A stretch of 60,000 nt of DNA, filler included, from Hausera hauseri (lineage: Eukaryota), in the NCBI GenBank assembly GCA_046269625.1. It is 12 parts of 12 records of this genome, joined end to end, with 100 filler letters (N's around TTAATTAATTAA, not from the genome) between each part and the next. Parts side by side here need not be neighbours in the genome. Positions count along the whole stretch, not along the records: positions 50,837 to 54,859 come from JBJURY010812199.1; positions 54,960 to 60,000 come from JBJURY010353598.1; 10 more parts are not named here. One strand, written 5' to 3'. The position numbers and the translations under genes are program-made. The notes beneath the pieces are model-generated. The model was given only the letters and a program-made list of their open reading frames with translations, had not been told where the DNA came from and did no database searches. Positions 50,837-60,000 of the stretch are shown here, one piece after another. Every line of letters begins with the position of its first letter. The first letter of the stretch is position 1.

Positions 50837-52020
50837 CATACTACTTGGCGTTGTAAGAGTCGAAAGATGGCCTTGGCACCAGGATGATGCAACTAATGGA
50901 TGTTGTTGAATGCTTCTTTTTAAAGCAATTCAGAAAGGATGACTTTAAAATTATTAGGCTTGGAGGTGTCAAAGGCCACACCGTCAATGGTTTTGCACGA
51001 TTTAAAAGATTTAAGAATGTCAGTGGGTGGATTGTTTTGTTGAAATTTGGATTGAGGAAAAATTGGTGTAAAATCAATCGAGTTGACCGATCGGGGCAAA
51101 AAGTCAGCTACTAAATTGTCGACTTTGTTTAAGTGCTTAATTTCAAAATTAAATGTGGAAAAATACGATATTTGCCTCTCCTGACGTAGAGAAAGAGATT
51201 TCATAATTAGAATTTGAAGCAAGGGCTTGTGGTCCGTTTGTATTGTAAAGGCTCGAGCGGTTAGCAGATGCTTAAACTGTTTTACGGCAAGGACTATTGC
51301 AAGCAACTTTCTGTTAAAAATGGAATATCGTTGCTCTTGTGCCGTAAATTTTTGAATGAAGAATTCTAATGGCTTATGGGATCCATTTTTGACTTGATGG
51401 AAAACAGCACCTGCAGCTGTTGTGGATGCATCCGTGGTTAAGAAGAGTTCTGCATGGGATTCTGAATAGGCCAGGATTTCCGCGGTTTTTAGATTATCTC
51501 TAGGGTGGTCGAAAGCGTTGACTAGTTTGCCGGTGCATTGAATGGGCTGTTTTTTCTTGCCAGAGCTTAGTGATGCAAATGGAGCGGTTAGAGTGGGGCA
51601 GTGTGGAAGATACTTATGAATAAAGGGCAAGGTTCCGAGGAAGGAACGCACCTCTGTGGATGTACGTGGTACTTGCATGTTTTTGAGCAGTGTGATGCGT
51701 TCTGGCTAAGGCGAATGTCCGGAGGAACTAACAACATGTCCTAGGAAGTTGACCTTATGTTGATAAATGGAGCATTTAGAAAAATTGATTTGCAAGTTGT
51801 TTTGGTGCAAGCACTGGAAGATTAGACATAAGTGTTCGGAGTGTTGTTTTGAGGAAGATGGTGCAATTAAGATACCATCGATATAGGGATAAGCAAAGTC
51901 TAAACCTGAGAGAAGTGTATCAATATGCTTCTGAAAGGTCTGAGAAGCGCTACGGAGTCCGAAGGGCATGAAAAGATATTCAAAAGGGCCGAAAGGTGTA
52001 ATGACAGCTGTGAGGCCCTG
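50837..52020 (-). mobile_element. Ty3/gypsy (Mag/CsRn1-like) pol relic: RT and RNase H
   Basis: MPFGLRSASQTFQK..YPYIDGILIA..INFSKC..VNFLGH; VRSFLG; LTTDAS..QRYSIFNRKLLAI..TDHKPL..NLVADFL. Confidence 0.92.
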
Positions 52021-52099
52021 AAATTTTGAAAGAATTTGGGTACGATAAATTTGACTTTGACTTCAATGACTATTAATTCATATTGGCTTACAATCATTT

Positions 52100-53000
52100 T
52101 GTCGAATCTACTTTCAGCTGTTGACAAAACATATAATTATCGCTGCACATGAATTGTGGTGGGGCCCGAGTCCGCGGCACCACAATTTCTGCTTGTAGAG
52201 AACCTGCCATCTGGATAATGTCATGTGACACATTTACTTGTGATTGCACATCAGACACTACCTTTAACATGCTTTCTTTGCAGATAGCCCAGGTAATGCA
52301 TTTGGATGAGATAGCAGCGGGTTGTTCGTCTTCATTGACATATGGTTCCTCCAATATAGTTCCTTGGAGTACGGTTGTTTCCCAATCAAACGACAACTCG
52401 TCATTTGCAGGTGCATCACTGTCGATGACTATGAATTCCTCAGCCGTCATTGAGTTGTCATATTCAAGATGCAGTCCAAGTATGAGTTCTGTCAGAGTGA
52501 GATCATCCTCATCCTCCTCTATGGTCTGCACTATGTCTTGAAAACCACATCTTGCGAAACAGCGTTCAATTGTTGAAGCCTTGATGTAACGTACATCATC
52601 TCTAATCCAGTAGCATACATCCAGGATAGAGTCAGACTTTGCCAAGCCGTCACCCGAAGTCTGTGTGTCAATGGCACTCCCAACACAGCGAAGATGGGAT
52701 TTTTGATAAATCATTTTCAAGCCTTGTATTATTCCCTGGTCTAGTGGCTGCAGCAGGGCTATAGTATTTGCGGGTAAAAAGAGAAGCTTGACATTTCCGA
52801 AGTGGCTATCGCTCACATGAGAGTGAGTGTTGCCAATAATGAGTAAAACACGGCGGCTCGACCGGTGCATCTTATCGCTGAATGACGATAACCATTCGCG
52901 GAACAGTAAACATGTTATCCTAGCCTTTTTGTTCCATCTCCAGGTTACATATACCGTTACAAGATTCTTGAAGCTGCGGTGTGAATACGACTTTCCAATG
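52100..53000 (-). mobile_element. pogo/Tigger (DDE_1) transposase C-terminal part; one catalytic Asp appears lost
   Basis: WRWNKKARIT..RRVLLIIGNTHSH (LxxDN read as GN)..VKLLFLPANTIALLQPLDQGIIQGLK..TIERCFARCGF. Confidence 0.9.
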
Positions 53001-53295
53001 ATCAGTGACAATAGGTAGATGAGAGCACGCAGCACTACCCTCGGAGGAAAAATTGATGTGGTTCGCGGATGAGTCATGGGGTAGAAAAAACGATACACGC
53101 ACGCACTATTAATAGGGCGGTGATGGGAGACACACAGTTACGAGAGTGATACCAGAAGCAGGCGTACTGTACGGTTTTTAAATAGGTGTGCAAATTCGAA
53201 TTTGGCGCTCAAAATTTTCTGTTTAAATAATGGTGGTTTGGTATAAATATGGGTGTGCAAATAGCATGGCGTTGTTTTAACAAATAGTACGACAA

Positions 53296-53604
53296 ATGGT
53301 ATGTTTTTTATATTCTGTTCAGCGAAATTATCTATATACTTAGAATTACAAAATAGATTTAGGAGCTGGAATTAAACGGCTCACAAATGAAATATGCAGT
53401 GGGAAAATAGATTGTGTCCAATTTCTAAGTGAACTGGATCATGAACAATTTTTATCAAAGGAAGAATATGTGGAACATGTTGTTCGATCTACATTAACGG
53501 CACTCATTAAAGACGAATTTAGAAAAAGACAGAGAAATGTTTTACTTGTGTGTAGTATTCTTACTGGTGCATTTGTAATATTTTTGTCTAAATTTGTTCG
53601 ATAA
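53296..53604 (+). CDS. Small 87-aa tail-anchored membrane protein, 2 exons
   Basis: ATG 53296-53298, intron GTATGT..ACTTAG 53299-53343 (45 nt, contains the only in-frame stop), exon 2 open to TAA with overlapping AATAAA; C-terminal VLLVCSILTGAFVIFLS flanked by basic residues. Confidence 0.6.
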
Positions 53605-53743
53605 TAAATGTTAACCTTTGTATGTTATAAATGTTCACAATACTAAAACAGCATAAATGAAGCGTATTTACAATGATTAAAAACCTTATTAACAAACACA
53701 GTAAAGAATGAAATATTTATTGATACAAAATATAATCACACAA

Positions 53744-54200
53744 TTATACAATAATGTCCATATGCGACACTTTTGTTCTTGTCAATCCACTGGCGTTTGT
53801 TGTCAAACGGGTCCAAGGCCTTTTTCTCAATTGAATTGTCATGAGCTGGTGATTTTTAGTCCCAATTCGTTCGTAGTCCACCATCGTCCCACAACCGGTT
53901 TCATAAGCATTTAGGTAGTTGTCGAACTGTAAGTCTGCCTGCAGGAGATTGATCCCTTTGCATTTGAGGACTAGTCTGCTTTGAGTTTTCAATGCATACG
54001 ATTTAGGCCATAGGAAAATCCCCTCTTGATACTCGACAAAGCCCTTGCTTTCGTCTTTAAATTTGCCTATGAGAGATGCGAAACGACTTGAGTACAGCGG
54101 ATCCCTTTTATCATATTTCGAAGTGTCTAGCTGCTCATTAGCTCTCATTGCTGTCAGGAGCTGTGTTCGCAAATCAACACCATAGCATTCGAGAAAGAAG
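53744..54200 (-). pseudogene. Polinton/adintovirus-type pPolB C-terminal fragment
   Basis: LDTSKYDKRDPLYS..LIGKFKDESKG..FLWPKSYALK..KCKGI..FDNYLN. Confidence 0.88.
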
Positions 54201-54671
54201 CTGACGCTTATATATCTCCAACTACATATAATTCAGTTCATACATGCACAAATTGGAGAGATCAAGTTCGGCCTACTCGATAGTAAGTAGATGTGGCATC
54301 TTCCGGCCATATCCCCATTGAAGGAAGGAAATAAGTAGTTCGGAGATGAGTCATGAGGTAGAAAAAATGATAAAAACATACACGTTTAATATGAAAGAGA
54401 AAATGGAAAATGGATACACACAAGCACGTGTACTGCATGGATTCGGGCAGTAAGGAAAATTTTGAATTTCGTGCGAAAAAATTTGTTTTAATTTCGGTAG
54501 TGAACAAAGGAATTTCTGGCCTGATCGTGGTTTCACTATTTCCACCCCATTTTCTTAATCTGATTGGTCGGTTTGAGGCAAAAATTGTTTACATTTTCTA
54601 TAAATACCCATATGAAAGTGTCACTTATGAAAATGTCTCAACCACATATCTTGACATCATTTAAGTCGAAA

Positions 54672-54859
54672 ATGACAGTTTATAAAGCAGTGATTAAATT
54701 GAAACAAGAAGATATTCAGCAAGGATTACATCAATTGCATGCTCTGTTTACAACTACAGATGATTTAGCATATATAGCACCGGAGATTCTGTTGGAGGTA
54801 ATACAAAGCAGATTGATTATTGTTAGTCCTATGATAGAGAAAATAATCAGAATGACATA
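54672..54859 (+). CDS. Unknown small ORF, truncated by the contig end
   Basis: AAAATGACAG start context downstream of the second promoter-like module; open to the contig edge. Confidence 0.35.
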
Positions 54860-54959
54860 NNNNNNNNNNNNNNNNNNNNNNNNNNNNNNNNNNNNNNNNN
54901 NNNTTAATTAATTAANNNNNNNNNNNNNNNNNNNNNNNNNNNNNNNNNNNNNNNNNNNN

Positions 54960-57900
54960 AAACGAACGAAAAAACGAACGAACGAACGAATGAATCAACG
55001 GAAGAACGAACGAAAGAATGAATGATCGAGAGAACATATGAACGACCAAAAGATCGAAAGAACGAACGAAACAGCGAAAGAACGAAGGCAGGAAGGAACG
55101 AAAGAACGAAAGAACGAACGAACGAAAGAACAAATGAACAAATGAAAGAACGAATGAACAGTGGTAAGAACGAAAGAACGAATGAACAGAGGAAAGAACG
55201 AACGAACGAACGAATGAGAGAACGAAAGAACGAAGGAACGAAAGAAAGAACGAACGAAGGAAGAAACGAACGAACGAAAAAACGAACGAACGAACGAATG
55301 AATCAACGGAAGGACGAACGAAAGAACGAATGAACAGAGGAAAGAACAAAAGAAAGAATGAACGATGGAACGAACTAAAGAAAGAACGAACTCACGAATG
55401 AATGAAAGAACGACTGAACGAACTCACGAAGAAACGAACGAAGGATCGAAAGAACGAAAGAAAGAACGAAGTATGAAGGAAAGAAGGGAAGAATGAACGA
55501 AAGAATGAAAGAACGAAGGAATGAAGGAACGAGCTCACGAAAGAACGAACCAAGGAACGAAAGAACGAACGAACGAACGAAAGAAGGAAAGAACGAATGA
55601 AGAAAGGAAAGAAAAAAATGACGGACGAACGAACGAACGAACGAAGGAAGGAGCGCACGAACGTACGAAAGAACGAGCGAAGTAACGAAAGAACGAAAGA
55701 ACGAATAAATGAACGAATGATCGAACGAACGAACGAACAAATGAGAGACACAAAAGAACGAGCGAACGAAAGAAAGAACGAACGAACGAAGAAAGGAACG
55801 AACGAAAGAACGAACGAACTAACGAATGAATCAACGGAAGAACGAACGAAAGAATGAATGATCGAGAGAACAAATGAACGACCAAAAGATCAAAAGAACG
55901 AACGAAACAGCAAAAGAACGAAGGCAGGAAAAAACGAAAGAACGAAAGAACGAACGAACGAAAAAACAAATGAACGAATGAAAGAACGAAGAAACGACCG
56001 AATGAATGAACGAACGAACTCACGAAAGAACTCACAAACGAACGAAAGAACGAATGAACAGAGGAAAGAACGAAAAAACGAACGAACGAACGAATGAATC
56101 AACGGAAGAACGAACGAAAGAATGAACGAAAGAACGCACGAACGAACGAACAAACGAACTCACGAACGAACGACCGAACGAATGAAAGAACGAATGAACA
56201 AAGAAGTAAACGAAATAAAGGACGATCGAACGAACGAAGGAAGGAAGGAGCGAACGAACGTACGAAAGAAAGAACGAACGAAGGAAGAAACGAACGAACG
56301 AACGAATGAATCAACGGAAGAACGAACGAAAGAATGAATGATCGAGAGAACAAATGAACGACCGAAAGATCGAAAGAACGAACGAAGCAGCGAAAGAACG
56401 AAGGCAGGAAGGAACGACCGAATTAATGAACGAACGAACTCACGAACGAACTCACGAACGAACGAAAGAACGAATGAAAAGAGGAAAGAACGAAAGAACG
56501 GACGAACGGACGAACAAAAGAACGAACGAACGAACGAACAAATGAACGAATAAAGGAATGAAAGAAGAAAGGAACAAACGAACGAACAAATGAACGAAGA
56601 AACGAAAGAACGAGTAATCTAAAGAAAGAATGAAGGAAGGAATGAAGTCACGAATGAACGAACGAATGAAGTAACGATCGAACGAACTCATGAAGAAAGG
56701 AACGAAGGAACGAAAGAACGAGCTATTGAACGAACGAAAGAAGGAAAGAAGGAACGAAGGAACGAAAGAACGAACTCAAGAATGAACGAAAGAACGCACG
56801 AACGAACGAACAAACGAACTCACGAACGAACGACCGAACGAAGGAAAAAACGAATGAACAAAGAAATGAACGAAATAAAGGACGATCGAACGAACGAAGG
56901 AAGGAAGGAGCGAACGAACGTACGAAAGAAAGCACGAAGGAACGAGAAAACTAACGAAAGAAAGAACGAAAGAACAAATGACAAAACAAAGGAACGAACA
57001 AAGGAACGAACGAAGGAACGAACGACCGAACGAACGATCGAAAGAAGGAGCGAAGGAAAGTACGAACGAAGGAACGAACGAACGAACGCACGAACGAACA
57101 AACGAACGAACGAACGAAGGAACGAAAGAACGAAAGAACGAACGAAAGAACGAATGAATGAACGAATGATCGAACAAACGAACGAACGAATGAGAGAACG
57201 AAAGAACAAAGGAACGAAAGAACGAAAGAAAGAACGAACAAAGGAAGAAACGAACGAACGAAAAAACGAACGAACGAACGAATGAATCAACGGAAGAACG
57301 AGCGAAAGAATGAATGATCGAGAGAACAAATGAACGACCAAAAGATCGAAAGAACGAACGAAACAGAGAAAAAACGAAGGCAGGAAGGAACGACCGAATG
57401 AATGAACGAACGAACTCACGAACGAACGAAAGAACGAATGAACAGAGGAAAGAACGATAGAACGAATGAAAGAAGGAACGAACTAAAGAAAGAACGAACT
57501 CCCGAATGAAAGAAAGAACGACGAAACGAACTCACGAAGAAACGAACGAAGGAACGAAAGAACGAAAAAAAGAACGAAGGAACGAAGGAAAGAAGGGAAG
57601 AATGAACGAAAGAATGAACGAACGAACGAAGGAAGGAAGGAGCGCACGAACGTACGAAAGAAAGAACGACGGAACGAACAAACGAACGAAGGAAAGAACG
57701 AACGAACGAACGAACGAATGGAAGACCGATTGAAGGAACGAACAGACGATGGAAAGAACGAAGGAACAAACGAAGGAACGAAAGAACGAAAGAACGAACG
57801 AAAGAACGAAAGAACGAAAGAACAAACGAAAGAACGTATGAATGAACGAATGAATGAACGAATGATCGAACGAACGAACGAATGATCGAACGAAAGAAGG

Positions 57901-60000
57901 AAAGAAGGAACGAATGCACGGAAGAACGAACTCAAGAATGAACGATAGAACGAAAGAACGCACGAAGGAACGAACGAGCGCACGAAGGAACGAACGAAGG
58001 AACGAAAGAACGACGGAACGAACTCACGAAGAAACGAAAGATGAAACGAAAGAACGAAAGAAATTACGAATGAACGAACGAAGGGAAGAATGAACGAAAG
58101 AATGAACGAACGAACGAACGAACAGAAGAAAGAACGAAAGAACGAATGAAAGAGGGAACGAACTAAAGAAAGAAAGAACTCACGAATGAACGAAAGAACG
58201 AAAGAAGGAACTCACGAAGGAACGAAAGGACAAACGAAGGAACGAACTCACGAACGAAGGAAAGAACGACCGAACGAACGAAATAAAGAACAATTGAAGG
58301 AACGAACAGACGATAGAAAAAACGAAGGAACAAATGAACGAACGAAAGAACGAGCGAAGGAACGAAAGAACGAAAGAACGAAAGAATGAAGGAAAGAACG
58401 AATGAATGAACGAATGATCGAACGAATGAGAGAACGAAAAAACGAAGGAACGAAAGAACAAAAGAAAGAACGAACGAACGAAGAAACGAACGAACGAACG
58501 AATGAATCAGCGGAAGAACGAACGAACGAATGAATGATCGATAGAACAAATGAACGACCAAAAGATCGAAAGAACGAACGAAACAGCGAAAGAACGAAAG
58601 CAGGAAGGAACGAAAGAACGAAAGAACGAACGAACGAAAGAACAAATGAACGAATGAAAGAACGAATGAACAGTGGAAAGAACGAAAGAACGAATGAACA
58701 GAGGAAAGCACGAACGAACGAACGAATGAGAGAACGAAAGAACGAAGGAACGAAAGAACGAAAGAAAGAACGAACGAAGGAAGAAACAAACGAACGAAAA
58801 AACGAACGAACGAACGAATGAATCAACGGAAGAACGAACGAAAGAATGAATGATCGAGAGAACAAATGAACGACCAAAAGATCGAAAGAACGAACGAAAC
58901 AGAAAAAGAACGGAGGCAGGAAGGAACGACCGAATGAATGAACGAACGAACTCACGAACGAACTCACAAACGAAGGAAAGAACGAATGAACAGAGGAAAG
59001 AACGATAGAACGAATGAAAGAAGGAACGAACTAAAGAAAGAACGAACTCACGAATGAACGAAAGAACGACGGAACGAACTCACGAAGAAACGAACGAAGG
59101 AACGAAAGAACGAGCTATTGAACGAACGAAAGAAGGAAAGAAGGAACGAATGAACGAAAGAACGAACTCAAGAATGAACGAAAGAACGCACGAACGAACG
59201 AACAAACGAACTCACGAACGAACAAACGAACGAAGGAAAGAACGATTGAAGGAACGAACAGACGCAGGAAAAAACGAAGGAACGAATCAACGAACGAACT
59301 ATCGAAAGAACGAGCGAAAGAAAGAAAGAACTAAAGAACGATTGAACGAAAGAACGCACGACCGGACGAACTCACGAACTCACGAACTCACGAACTCATG
59401 AACGAAAGAACGAATGAACAGAGGAAAGAACGAAAGAACGAATGAAAGAAGAAACGAATTAAAGAAAGAACGAACTCACGAATGAACGAAAGAACGACGG
59501 AACGAACTCACGAAGAAACGAAAGAAGGAAAGAAAGAACGGAAGAAAGTACGAAGGAACGAAGGGAAGAATGAACGAAAGAATGAACGAACGAACGAAGG
59601 AAGGAACGAAATCACGAAAGAACGAAGGAATGAAAGAAGGAACTCACGAAGGAACGAAAGAAGGAACGAAAGAAAAAACGAAGGAACGAACGAACGAACG
59701 AACGAACGAACGAACGAACGAACGAACGAAAGAACGGACGGACGAACGATCGAACGGACGAAGGAGCGAACGAATAAAGGAACGATCAAAGGAACAAACG
59801 AAGGAACGATCTAAAGAGCGAACGAAAGAATGAACAAAAGAACGAAAAAACGAATAAACGAAGGAACGAACGAATGAGAGAACGAAAAAACGAACGAAAG
59901 AAAAAAGGAACGAAGGAAGAAACAAACGAACGAAAAAACGAACGAACGAACGAATGAATCAACGGAAGAACGAACGAAAGAATGAATGATCGAGAGAACA
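54960..60000 (+). repeat. Degenerate (GAAC/GAAA/GAAT/GAAG)n tetranucleotide satellite with higher-order blocks
   Basis: More than 5 kb of strongly purine-rich AACG-type units; marker ATGATCGA(G/T)AGAAC at 55022, 55858, 56338, 57314, 58534, 58850 and 59986. Confidence 0.97.

Larger units (their letters stand above)
53042..54486 (+). repeat. Two diverged copies (53042-53220 and 54323-54486) of a promoter-like module of about 170 bp
   Basis: Both have GTTCG..GATGAGTCATG.GGTAGAAAAAA.GATA, AGCA.G.GTACTG.A.GG and AAATT..GAATTT.G.GC..AAAA.TTT; each precedes a small plus-strand ORF. Confidence 0.75.

Noticed and set aside
53060-53090. GATGAG..GAAA resembling a hammerhead ribozyme core
   Set aside because: It lacks CUGAUGA and a pairing stem II in both copies.
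54912-59925. Dozens of RSFV/NERT-rich ORFs
   Set aside because: They are translations of the (GAAC)n satellite, which contains few stop codons.

Overview
This is not one locus. It is 12 short contigs (1-4387, 4488-12036, 12137-17843, 17944-22023, 22124-26928, 27029-32321, 32422-36814, 36915-41107, 41208-46386, 46487-50736, 50837-54859, 54960-60000) joined by artificial 100-bp spacers (N44-TTAATTAATTAA-N44). The DNA is AT-rich, eukaryotic and probably from an invertebrate animal. It is dominated by decayed transposable elements: Ty3/gypsy, Polinton-type protein-primed PolB, mariner, pogo/Tigger, Sola2-like, R2/NeSL-like and RTE LINEs, and tRNA-derived SINEs. It also holds one apparently intact Ser/Thr kinase gene with eight 39-51 nt introns, broken CDC5L, UBR4 and TRAF-MATH homologues, and a 5-kb (GAAC)n satellite. 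The standout is a Ty3/gypsy-like retroelement (41208-46386, minus strand) that reads Gag/zinc knuckle - ubiquitin-like domain - AT-hook - internal signal peptide - chuvirus-like (class III/gB-type) glycoprotein - TM - aspartic protease - start of Pol. The envelope therefore sits between Gag and protease instead of after integrase. A second gypsy contig (17944-22023) has an FN3-like type I membrane protein fused in frame after integrase, plus a further large unknown ORF, and may be the 3' half of the same giant element family. All family assignments come from motifs recognised by eye; no database searches were run.
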